From the IMG/VR virus record IMGVR_UViG_3300048791_000020: DNA of 49,859 nt; one strand, written 5' to 3'. The notes under the pieces were generated by a model. That model searched no databases. It worked only from the letters and a program-made list of their open reading frames with translations, and was not told the origin of the DNA. A program made the position numbers and the translations under genes. Positions 16,316-23,354 of the stretch are shown here, piece by piece. Each line of letters opens with the position of its first letter. The stretch's first letter is position 1. This stretch comes from a virus.

Positions 16316-16345
16316 ACTATAAACCATGTAAAGCTGGCTTGTCAA
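16316..16345 (-). promoter_or_regulatory. Sigma70-like leftward promoter
   Basis: Minus strand reads CTTGACA (16340-16346) -N18- TATAGT (16316-16321), ~40 nt upstream of ATG 16274. Confidence 0.5.
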
Positions 16346-16495
16346 GATGCCAAAATTACTACGCGGTCAAAGCTACGGCCACAACAACTTAGCGGCTGTA
16401 CAACGCCTTACGGGTATGGTTTGAAGGGGGGGTGGGGTAAAGAGGAAAAAGGCTGTATGGACCCATAATGTTTGATTATAAAGGTGTAAAGGGGC

Positions 16496-16524
16496 ATTGT
16501 AATAGCTTTGTACAGTCCTGTCAA
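16496..16524 (-). promoter_or_regulatory. Second leftward near-consensus promoter
   Basis: Minus strand reads TTGACA (16519-16524) -N17- TACAAT (16496-16501). No obvious ORF or RBS in the ~150 nt downstream. Confidence 0.4.
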
Positions 16525-16536
16525 GTAAACTTGACA
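16519..16536. promoter_or_regulatory. Perfect palindrome TGTCAAGT-AA-ACTTGACA (operator-like, two back-to-back -35 hexamers)
   Basis: 8-bp arms with a 2-nt spacer. The half-site TGTCAAG recurs at 16340-16346 over the -35 of the leftward promoter. Confidence 0.5.
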
Positions 16537-16743
16537 TTGCAATACTGGCCTATTGCAAACATGGGTTACGGTATAAAAATCAATCACTTACGCTCTGTTA
16601 CACTATTTCCTCTATATTCTCACTCAATCTACTTACTTACTACATATATGTATATTATATTGATTCTATTACATTTCCATACCAGACCGCGTTGTAAAAT
16701 TCGCAGATCGCCGCGAGCGGCTCAAATATTGTAGGAATACTGC

Positions 16744-16772
16744 TTGACAATCTTAATTGAAATTGTTATTCT
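16744..16772 (+). promoter_or_regulatory. Sigma70-like rightward promoter
   Basis: TTGACA (16744-16749) -N17- TATTCT (16767-16772), followed by SD GAAGGGGA and ATG 16798. Confidence 0.55.
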
Positions 16773-16797
16773 GTTCTTGGTTGAAGGGGAATAGACA

Positions 16798-17022
16798 ATG
16801 ACAGTTAAAGAAATGGTAAAAAGATTCGATGCTTACAATGCCGAAGTCTTAGCTTTTACGTTCGGCGAATGGCTCAATATGTCTTGGGCCGAACGTGACG
16901 CCCACCAGGCCGAAATAGACTCCCGCCACAATTACAAACACGGATGGATCATTGTTGACGGCGAATCATTTAATCAACAGGATGCTTATCCAGACCGCCT
17001 GTTTGTTAATTCTTGGGATTGA
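16798..17022 (+). CDS. Hypothetical early protein (74 aa)
   Basis: ORF track; strong SD GAAGGGGA. Confidence 0.6.
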   Translation: MTVKEMVKRFDAYNAEVLAFTFGEWLNMSWAERDAHQAEIDSRHNYKHGWIIVDGESFNQQDAYPDRLFVNSWD

Positions 17023-17096
17023 AATAGCATAACCCAAACGTTGTATTGTGTAAACCAAAGTTTCGATTTTAAATTACTAAAGAAAGGGGAATCAAA

Positions 17097-17228
17097 ATGT
17101 CATGCAGCAAACCATCAATGGAACGATTTTTGGTAATGGCGGCAACGATCAGCGGCGTTATTACGGCCCTAATAGGCGTAAGCCTTTACTTCATGTATCT
17201 GGGCGTGATACCTTATCCAACGATGTAA
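17097..17228 (+). CDS. Small membrane peptide (43 aa)
   Basis: SD AAAGGGGA lies 7 nt upstream. Hand translation: MSCSKPSMERFLVMAATISGVITALIGVSLYFMYLGVIPYPTM*. Preferred over the overlapping listed ORF 17102..17317. Confidence 0.4.
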   Translation: MSCSKPSMERFLVMAATISGVITALIGVSLYFMYLGVIPYPTM

Positions 17229-17313
17229 ATTACCATTGTCGTTGGGCCGATGAATTTTTCTTGTGGATTGAAGTTGCAGTTGCTATTATTCAATGGATCA
17301 AAGGGGGTTGCAA

Positions 17314-17439
17314 ATGAAGTTGATAGGCTTTTTGTTCGTATTGTTTTGCGCGTTATTTGTTCCATTTGCTCTGCCGGTCTTGATCATGGTAGGGTTGGTT
17401 GGACTGGCGTACAAATTCTTTTGCTGGATGGTCAAGTGA
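17314..17439 (+). CDS. Small membrane peptide (41 aa)
   Basis: SD AAGGGGG upstream. Hand translation: MKLIGFLFVLFCALFVPFALPVLIMVGLVGLAYKFFCWMVK*. Confidence 0.4.
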   Translation: MKLIGFLFVLFCALFVPFALPVLIMVGLVGLAYKFFCWMVK

Positions 17440-17583
17440 TCGCTTCAGAGCTATACGAAGAATGGCGAGTTGTAGCGAATGAAGGTTCGGGGGTTCGCGA
17501 TTCGTTAGAGTATGCTTGCGGCTACGCAAGGGCGGCGAGTTTTGATGGCTTGTTTCTACCTTAAAAGCATCGGAGGAATTGAG

Positions 17584-17757
17584 ATGAAAATGATTGCCCG
17601 CACCATCGAAAAGTGGAACGAAGATAAGACCCAACTCAAAGCAACCTTGCCAAACTGCCCCGAACTTTGGGAGGAAGTGAGCGACGGCCAGGCTACATGG
17701 GAAACAGCGATGGGGATGCGCGGATATGTGCGAAGTTATGAGAATTTTCTGTTGTAA
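17584..17757 (+). CDS. Hypothetical protein (57 aa)
   Basis: GGAGGA lies 6 nt upstream of ATG 17584, inside listed ORF 17512..17757. Confidence 0.45.
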   Translation: MKMIARTIEKWNEDKTQLKATLPNCPELWEEVSDGQATWETAMGMRGYVRSYENFLL

Positions 17758-17793
17758 TTGTTCGCGGTTTCGGTATGAAAGGAAACCAATAAA

Positions 17794-18051
17794 ATGAGTC
17801 TCGCTTTATCCAGTACCGAAATCGAAATTCATTATGAATCAACTCCGGAAGGCGTTTGCCCCGGCAAGGATCGGGCAGCAGCAGAGTTGGCAGCGTATCT
17901 CGACAATCGCCCGGATCAACCCGCAACCTATAAGACAATGCTCGCAACATGGGCGATGAATGTTACATGCGAGCGCTGCAAAGCTTACTTGAAGGCCAAC
18001 AAGGAACGACGTAAGACAATGGGCCATGTAAAGGCGGTGACGCAGCGATGA
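17794..18051 (+). CDS. Hypothetical protein (85 aa)
   Basis: ORF track. Confidence 0.5.
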   Translation: MSLALSSTEIEIHYESTPEGVCPGKDRAAAELAAYLDNRPDQPATYKTMLATWAMNVTCERCKAYLKANKERRKTMGHVKAVTQR

Positions 18052-18269
18052 AAATTGGCGAAAAACTAAAAATGATTTACGGCAACGAAGTGGTTCCAGT
18101 TGCTAGTTTGGAATTGCTTGCAAAAAGTAGTTCTTCGATTGCACATGCTTTGAAAATTGTGTTTTGTGTTCCGCCCGGAAAAGAACAAAACATGGTTGCT
18201 CAAACATTCTTGAATGTATATGCCAGCGGCTTTATTGCCGGGTATGATTTTGAAAAGGGGCAGCGATGA
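18048..18269 (+). CDS. Hypothetical protein (73 aa)
   Basis: ORF track; ATGA overlap with the previous gene. Confidence 0.5.
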   Translation: MKIGEKLKMIYGNEVVPVASLELLAKSSSSIAHALKIVFCVPPGKEQNMVAQTFLNVYASGFIAGYDFEKGQR

Positions 18270-18457
18270 ATGAACGAACCCGGCTTACTGAACGCGGCAA
18301 AAACATTTTGGATGAAATTGTTCGCGAAGTTAGGAACGCTTGCCCGCGTGGAAATTGTAGGTGCCACGAAACTGGTTTGAATTCTTGGGTTGAAGTTTGC
18401 CCAATTTGCGGTTGTCAAAATCCAATTTACGATAGGAGTAATGATGCGAATTCCTGA
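18266..18457 (+). CDS. Small Cys-rich protein (63 aa)
   Basis: CPRGNCRCH ... CPICGC; ATGA overlap with the previous gene. Confidence 0.5.
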   Translation: MNERTRLTERGKNILDEIVREVRNACPRGNCRCHETGLNSWVEVCPICGCQNPIYDRSNDANS

Positions 18458-18627
18458 AAATCAAGCAAAAAGCAATGTGCGAATTTAGCACAACTTGAAT
18501 TCCAAAGAATGTCAATTTTGGCTTGCTATTTTCATTGCTATTATTCGCCGGGGTGATTCAGTTGATTCAGCGTTTATAATTGCAGATGAATCAACGTTGG
18601 AATTGATCAAGCGGCGTTGAACAAGGT

Positions 18628-18711
18628 TACGCGGGCTTAGGCTGAACCCTAAATTGAACACCGTTGTTCTCGCTACGGTTGGGGGAAGCAAAATAGAGAC
18701 AAGCCCGCGTA
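18628..18711 (+). other. Long-range perfect 11-bp inverted repeat enclosing a sub-hairpin (structured RNA or terminator)
   Basis: TACGCGGGCTT (18628-18638) pairs with AAGCCCGCGTA (18701-18711). Inner hairpin GAACA-CCGT-TGTTC. Followed by GCAAGTTTT. Confidence 0.4.
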
Positions 18712-18743
18712 GCAAGTTTTCCACATCGGGTTCGCTTTTTCCC

Positions 18744-18772
18744 TTGACAGGGGGCGAGCCTTTCTTTATGTT
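18744..18772 (+). promoter_or_regulatory. Sigma70-like promoter
   Basis: CTTGACA-N17-TATGTT, ~40 nt upstream of ATG 18815. Confidence 0.5.
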
Positions 18773-18814
18773 GTTCCAAGTTTCGCTATTTCAATTCATT
18801 CGATGGTGCCTTGA

Positions 18815-19114
18815 ATGCCTTGGAGTAAATCAGTGAGGAATCCCCGTATCCTGTACGGCGATGAAGGCGAATGGATCGCAACCTGTTCAACGCCTGAAGT
18901 TGCCGAAAAAATCCTTCAGTTGTCCACATCTTCAACAGACTTTTTCACAAAAGGCGGCTCGCGTGGGTTCGATGCTCACGTTGATGCAATTGTGAATGTT
19001 GTGGACAATCATTTTGCGAAACAAGAGTTGATAGCTATGAATTGCGAATCGCCAATTGTTTCAGAAACATCTAATCCAAATTCAATCATCGGCGGTTGGA
19101 CAAATCATCTATGA
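18815..19114 (+). CDS. Hypothetical protein (99 aa)
   Basis: ORF track. Confidence 0.5.
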   Translation: MPWSKSVRNPRILYGDEGEWIATCSTPEVAEKILQLSTSSTDFFTKGGSRGFDAHVDAIVNVVDNHFAKQELIAMNCESPIVSETSNPNSIIGGWTNHL

Positions 19115-19257
19115 AGCGCATACGGTGCGAGTGTTGCAACGAATCAAAATATAATTTGAAGCAATGCCAACACTGTTTTCTATGGCTTTGCGTTTCGTGC
19201 TGGCTTGGCTTTTGTCAACAATCGCCCGATACGGATCATCGTGAAAAAGCTTGCTGA
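19111..19257 (+). CDS. Cys-rich mini-protein (48 aa, 9 Cys)
   Basis: ATGA overlap with the previous stop. Hand translation: MKRIRCECCNESKYNLKQCQHCFLWLCVSCWLGFCQQSPDTDHREKAC*. Confidence 0.4.
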   Translation: MKRIRCECCNESKYNLKQCQHCFLWLCVSCWLGFCQQSPDTDHREKAC

Positions 19258-19421
19258 ATGGCCGGAAGAGAAAGAAGACGATGAACAGCCCTATCCCTGT
19301 TGATACAATCGTTAAAATTGTCAAATGGCGCGGGTTTACTTTGTTGTTTGTTTTCGGTTCCGTGTTTTGACTTTGGGCAACTTTCGGATTTCCAACGTTG
19401 CAATAGAAAGGGGGTGATAGC

Positions 19422-19622
19422 ATGGATCAGGATACGGAAAAAGACGCAGGGGCCGAAGCCCAGCTCATCGACGATGAGAAGCTCATAGCTAGCCAGAAGC
19501 TTTTGGAAGCGCAGCAGATGTTTCTCGTCGCGGGCGAAACCACTGGCGATGCGAGCGAAGCGGCAGTTGACGCCGAAGCGGGCGCCGACGAAGCAGCAAA
19601 AGACGCAGCCGAAGGCGTTTAG
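19422..19622 (+). CDS. Highly acidic 66-aa protein
   Basis: SD AAGGGGG upstream. 18 Asp/Glu versus 4 Lys by hand count. Confidence 0.55.
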   Translation: MDQDTEKDAGAEAQLIDDEKLIASQKLLEAQQMFLVAGETTGDASEAAVDAEAGADEAAKDAAEGV

Positions 19623-19628
19623 CAGGGG

Positions 19629-19667
19629 CGGGGTTGAGCGGCAACGTTTAACCCCGTTACTGTTTTT
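19629..19667 (+). terminator. Terminator candidate
   Basis: Stem CGGGGTT (19629-19635) / AACCCCG (19650-19656), then TTACTGTTTTT. Confidence 0.45.
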
Positions 19668-19674
19668 GGAGTAA

Positions 19675-19869
19675 TTGGTGAAAATCACAAGATTGGAATG
19701 GGAACGGATAGGTTGCCAATTTACACAACAGGAAGTTAAAGAAATCAACGATGCTGTTACACTGAAGCTTGTTTACATTGACGCCCCGGCGTCTTACATT
19801 ATCAATGATTCGAAATTATTGCCTTGGGTGAAGTTCAAATTGTGGTTGGCGAAATTGGAGTTGGCATGA
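19675..19869 (+). CDS. Hypothetical protein (64 aa, TTG/GTG start)
   Basis: ORF track; GGAG upstream. Confidence 0.4.
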   Translation: MVKITRLEWERIGCQFTQQEVKEINDAVTLKLVYIDAPASYIINDSKLLPWVKFKLWLAKLELA

Positions 19870-20105
19870 CTTCGCAAGAGTATCAAGAACTGCCGGAAGA
19901 AGTAAAAGGCGAATTGTTTTTTCTCTTCATGCTTCTCTTCATGGATAGGTTTGAAATTTCCAACAAACAAGAATTTGCCGAACACGTAAAGCAATGCGAA
20001 GGATGTTTCAATTATTTAAATGAACAATTCGCAAGCTTTCTTGATGAATATGTTGTTCTTAAAGATGTAAATTTGCAACACATGATGAAAGCGAGCCTGA
20101 ATTAA
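19866..20105 (+). CDS. Hypothetical protein (79 aa)
   Basis: ATG 19866 overlaps the previous stop (ATGA), inside listed ORF 19824..20105. Confidence 0.5.
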   Translation: MTSQEYQELPEEVKGELFFLFMLLFMDRFEISNKQEFAEHVKQCEGCFNYLNEQFASFLDEYVVLKDVNLQHMMKASLN

Positions 20106-20519
20106 ATGCCGGGTCCAACTCCAGAATCCTTAGCAAAGTCAGGAAGCGAAGGCGCTGAACAAACCGCATTATTTTGTTGGGCTGCTCTGCCTGAACAACA
20201 ACAAAAATATCCCGAATTAAAATTCATGTTTCATGTTCCTAACGGCGGCGGGCGCAGTAAATCCGAAGCCGGAAAGTTCAAGGCGCAAGGCGTCAAACCC
20301 GGCGTTCCGGATATATTCTTGCCTATTTCTCGCGGCGGCTTTCACGGTTTGTGGATTGAAATGAAGTTTGGACTCAACAAAACGTCAAACGACCAAAACT
20401 TGTTCCTTAATTTTCTCACCATTCAAGGCTATGCCGTTAACGTTTGCTATTCATGGCAAGAAGCGGTGAAGACAATTGAAGCATACTTTGCTTTGATGCC
20501 AATTGGAAATTTTAACTAA
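20106..20519 (+). CDS. VRR-NUC domain nuclease (PD-(D/E)XK)
   Basis: GVPDIFLP ... GLWIEMK (D ... ExK), ~137 aa, typical VRR-NUC size. Confidence 0.7.
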   Translation: MPGPTPESLAKSGSEGAEQTALFCWAALPEQQQKYPELKFMFHVPNGGGRSKSEAGKFKAQGVKPGVPDIFLPISRGGFHGLWIEMKFGLNKTSNDQNLFLNFLTIQGYAVNVCYSWQEAVKTIEAYFALMPIGNFN

Positions 20520-20540
20520 GCGCTTTTTGGAGCTAAACAA

Positions 20541-20822
20541 ATGGCATTTGAAATCGAATCGGGGATTCCACTAGAACAACAAGACGCCCTAGAATATCTC
20601 ACGTCTTTCGCTTGTAGGCATAATGGTCACAGGCGCGACGCAACGGTTGCTGTAACAAGAAAATTCCTTGCAGAGTGTGGAACCAAAATCATCGTTGATA
20701 TTGGCGTTCGCGGCGCAATAGTTAAAATGGAACCTGAATACCCATGCAATGCGGGTAAGGAATGCTTGAGTTGTATTGACCGTATGGCGAAGGCTCGAAT
20801 TTTAATTGAAAGTGGAAAATAG
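20541..20822 (+). CDS. Hypothetical protein (93 aa) starting MAFEIESGIPL
   Basis: ORF track. The N-terminal motif is shared with the next gene. Confidence 0.5.
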   Translation: MAFEIESGIPLEQQDALEYLTSFACRHNGHRRDATVAVTRKFLAECGTKIIVDIGVRGAIVKMEPEYPCNAGKECLSCIDRMAKARILIESGK

Positions 20823-20825
20823 GGC

Positions 20826-20855
20826 TTGACAACCCGGTTGGCGTTGCCTTAGTAT
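20826..20855 (+). promoter_or_regulatory. Sigma70-like promoter
   Basis: CTTGACA-N18-TAGTAT, upstream of ATG 20894 (GGAG SD). Confidence 0.45.
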
Positions 20856-20893
20856 TTTCTCAATGGGCAACTAGCCCTTGGAGATTAAACAAA

Positions 20894-21472
20894 ATGGCAA
20901 AGAAAACAAAGGCGCAAAAACAGGCGTTGCTCGATACCATTGTGAGCGACACGAAAAGCGAGAAGGGTTACTCGCTTGTTCACCCCGATGATGTAAAAGA
21001 GTTGGTTGACGCGGGTCACATCGAAGTCAACCCGAACATCAAGGATGCTTCTGGCAAGATCGCAGCGCGGGCAACCGCAAAGCTTCTGGAGAGCGCGGGC
21101 GCGGCCCAGGGGAGCGCAACCGTGACTTCCTTTGAGTTGGAGAGCGGGATTCCGCTTCCCCCGGCTGCAAAGGGCGGACGGCGCGATGAACAGTATCCGT
21201 TTTCCAAGATGGAAGTTGGGCAATCCTTCTTCGTGCCGGTTACGGAGAAGTATCCGAAGCCTTGGGAAACGTTCGGTTCAACGGTGTCCAGCGCAACCCG
21301 GCGTTTTGCCAACCCGCACGCGACGGAAACGCGCAAGAACCGCAAGGGTGAGGAAGTTCCCGTTCTTGTGACAACCAAAAAGTTCACGTTGCGGCAAGTC
21401 ACGGCGGGCCAGAAGTACGCCAACGGCTTTGTCGAGAAGGCGGGCGGCGCTCGCGTCTATCGAATCGCCTAA
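20894..21472 (+). CDS. Hypothetical protein (192 aa), basic N-terminus, internal FELESGIPLPP..YPF..M.VGQSFFV
   Basis: ORF track; GC-richer than its flanks by eye; followed by a strong terminator. Confidence 0.55.
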   Translation: MAKKTKAQKQALLDTIVSDTKSEKGYSLVHPDDVKELVDAGHIEVNPNIKDASGKIAARATAKLLESAGAAQGSATVTSFELESGIPLPPAAKGGRRDEQYPFSKMEVGQSFFVPVTEKYPKPWETFGSTVSSATRRFANPHATETRKNRKGEEVPVLVTTKKFTLRQVTAGQKYANGFVEKAGGARVYRIA

Positions 21473-21508
21473 CAAGTTGCAGATAAGGCTCTCCTCCAAA
21501 CTGCAATA

Positions 21509-21548
21509 CTAGCCTCAATCCCGCAAGGGGTTGGGGCTAGTTCATTTT
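21509..21548 (+). terminator. Rho-independent terminator
   Basis: 14-bp stem CTAGCCTCAATCCC / GGGGTTGGGGCTAG (two G-U pairs) with a GCAA tetraloop, then TTCATTTTGG. Confidence 0.6.
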
Positions 21549-21661
21549 GGTTACTAAAGTTTCTGAAAATAAATTAAAAATAGCTTGCAATCTGCCAACA
21601 ATCTGCCAGTCTTGAGCACTTCGGTATTGACCGGGGCGCTTTTTGTTGCTCCAATGCCAGT

Positions 21662-22132
21662 ATGCCGGGTCCAAACGCAACCTTGTTGTTATCTCCCGTT
21701 GGGCTGGCAATGCTGAAGGGGTTTGAATCCCTTCGTCTGAAGGCGTACAGGGATGTACGCGGGGTTTGGACCGTGGGATACGGTCATACCGGCCCGGAAG
21801 TGACGGCGGGCCTTGTATGGACGCAGGAACAGGCATTACAGGCGCTTCAGGAAGACGTGTCATGGGCTGTCAACGCAGTTGGAAAATCTGTCACAGTTCC
21901 GTTGCTTCAGTACCAGTTTGATGCTTTGGTTAGCTTCACTTTCAACGTTGGGCCTTCGGCATTCAAGGGTTCAACTTTGTTAGTTCTGTTGAACGAAGCT
22001 AATTTTGTAGGTGCTGGACAACAATTTGGGAAATGGGTTTATGCTGGAACAATGCTTTCGAGCGGATTGGTGAATAGACGAAAGGCTGAAGCGGCAATGT
22101 TTAATGGCCCTTTGATTGGAGCTTCGGCGTGA
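21662..22132 (+). CDS. Endolysin, T4-type lysozyme (GH24)
   Basis: FESLRLKAYRDVRGVWTVGYGHT gives the E-x8-D-x5-T catalytic spacing of T4 lysozyme. Confidence 0.9.
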   Translation: MPGPNATLLLSPVGLAMLKGFESLRLKAYRDVRGVWTVGYGHTGPEVTAGLVWTQEQALQALQEDVSWAVNAVGKSVTVPLLQYQFDALVSFTFNVGPSAFKGSTLLVLLNEANFVGAGQQFGKWVYAGTMLSSGLVNRRKAEAAMFNGPLIGASA

Positions 22133-22398
22133 GTGAAGAAAGCGGTAATCTTGAACTTGTTGGTTTAAGTCCAAACGAGTTGTTTGTAAAGATTGTCAAG
22201 GATATATATTTTGGCAACAGCAAACCGTCTTTAACAGAGCGAATGAAAACTGTTGAGGCTCAACAGACCATGTTTAAAGATTCTCTTGATAAAGCCGAAA
22301 AATGGCAAGCCGGAATGAACAAGCTTGTTATTGGTACTTTGATCAGTTCCATAGGCGGCTTGGTTTTGATCATCATTGACTTGCTTGTGAAACATTAA
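22129..22398 (+). CDS. Lysis-cassette membrane protein (C-terminal TM helix)
   Basis: GTGA overlap with the endolysin stop; C-terminal LVIGTLISSIGGLVLIIIDLLV. Confidence 0.45.
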   Translation: MSEESGNLELVGLSPNELFVKIVKDIYFGNSKPSLTERMKTVEAQQTMFKDSLDKAEKWQAGMNKLVIGTLISSIGGLVLIIIDLLVKH

Positions 22399-22423
22399 CC
22401 AATTCAACTTGAAAAGAGGGAAC

Positions 22424-23218
22424 ATGAACACAACGATTTTTGGAATTAGCAAGACAACGTTGGAAGGTTGGTTTTCCTTCCTAATCACAACGCTAACTTT
22501 CGTTACCGGCTACAACGGATTTGTTGCTTTGATGAACCCGGATCAAAGCAAAATTTGGTTGATTGCCAGTGCGGTTGCAACGTTTGTTGTTGGCTTGCTG
22601 AACCTTTGGCTTCGTATGCTTCAAGGTGACGGTACAGCCAATCTCGCAGCTACGCCAACAAGCGCGGCAACCAATTCAGCGGGTAAAGTGTTGATGATCT
22701 TTTTGGCTCTCTCCATTTCGATGTGTTTCATTTCCGGTTGCACCAATTGGGAGAGAACAACTTTTCAAGCCTTGAGCGCTTCGAAAGCGGTCATTGATCA
22801 GGCGGGCGTTGATTACAACGCCGGGACGATTCCACAAACAGCGGCAAACCAAAGCATTATTACTCAAGCAAGAAACGCGCAAACAACGGCGGTTGACGCA
22901 ATGGCAACTTACGAAGAAATTAAGGTATCCGCCACAACTACGGTAACGGGCCTTTCTTCGCAAGAAGCGGTTGTTAATACGGCGCTCGCCGCAGTTGTTC
23001 CGTTGGTTGCTCAAATCAAAACGTTGTACGCAACCAAAACTTCAATGAACGTTCAACCGGAAAGGATGCTCCCTTGGACATTACAACCGTACAAAACACT
23101 GTCACTGAAATTGAACAAGACGCGGGAACCGTTCTTGAAACCATCGCCGCAGTTGACCCGGCTGTTGCGATTCCAGTTGCGACCGCAGAAGGCATTGTTT
23201 CTCTTGTTGGCGGGTTGA
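22424..23218 (+). CDS. Holin-like two-TM segment followed in the same frame by a lipoprotein signal; 3' part probably mis-framed
   Basis: SD AGAGGGA plus ATG 22424. TM1 GWFSFLITTLTFVTGYNGFVAL, TM2 IWLIASAVATFVVGLLNLWL. Then (V/M)LMIFLALSISMCFISG|C with the Cys codon at 22739. After ~23050 the product turns basic and low-complexity. Confidence 0.4.
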   Translation: MNTTIFGISKTTLEGWFSFLITTLTFVTGYNGFVALMNPDQSKIWLIASAVATFVVGLLNLWLRMLQGDGTANLAATPTSAATNSAGKVLMIFLALSISMCFISGCTNWERTTFQALSASKAVIDQAGVDYNAGTIPQTAANQSIITQARNAQTTAVDAMATYEEIKVSATTTVTGLSSQEAVVNTALAAVVPLVAQIKTLYATKTSMNVQPERMLPWTLQPYKTLSLKLNKTREPFLKPSPQLTRLLRFQLRPQKALFLLLAG

Positions 23219-23328
23219 TCACCAAAGCGCTTTTAGCGTGGAGCGCGGCATCAGGAACGCCGATTACCCAAGCATCGGTTTTGGCGCTCTTGCCGGATAA
23301 CACTCCGTTGGTTGCTCCAACCAAGTAA
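23074..23328 (+). CDS. Alternative-frame ORF with C-terminal TM helix (possible true 3' end of the lipoprotein gene)
   Basis: The frame is open from 22978. The A/V/T-rich product matches the composition of the upstream lipoprotein part. TM helix GIVSLVGGLITKALLAWSAA. Confidence 0.35.
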   Translation: MDITTVQNTVTEIEQDAGTVLETIAAVDPAVAIPVATAEGIVSLVGGLITKALLAWSAASGTPITQASVLALLPDNTPLVAPTK

Positions 23329-23354
23329 TTCAACGGTTTTAGCATTACAGCAAA

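Noticed and set aside
16217-16734. Listed ORFs 16217..16468(+) and 16468..16734(+) in the divergent control region.
   Set aside because: They have no SD, odd composition (G-run, AT-rich tract) and overlap predicted promoters and the palindrome. I treat the region as regulatory/non-coding.
17102-17564. Listed ORFs 17102..17317 and 17250..17564.
   Set aside because: Neither has an SD. Two short hydrophobic ORFs in other frames (17097..17228, 17314..17439) each sit 6-7 nt after AAGGGG-type SDs like other genes in this genome. This choice is tentative.
18631-18708. tRNA-like element (7-bp acceptor-like stem GCGGGCT/AGCCCGC, 78 nt).
   Set aside because: No D-arm pairing (GGCT has no AGCC partner), no T-arm or GTTCRANNC-type T-loop, and no plausible anticodon stem when laid out on the cloverleaf.
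19109-19423. 104-aa minus-strand ORF with a TM segment.
   Set aside because: It is antisense to a plus-strand block. Its ATG is the reverse complement overlap of the plus-strand ATG at 19422, and it has no SD. The plus strand offers a coupled (ATGA) Cys-rich ORF at 19111..19257. The stretch 19258-19421 remains unassigned.
20885-21863. Minus-strand ORFs 20885..21223, 21016..21423, 21278..21499 and 21537..21863.
   Set aside because: They are antisense to gene 20894..21472 and to the endolysin start, and 21537..21863 spans a plus-strand terminator. They are GC-driven open frames without start context.
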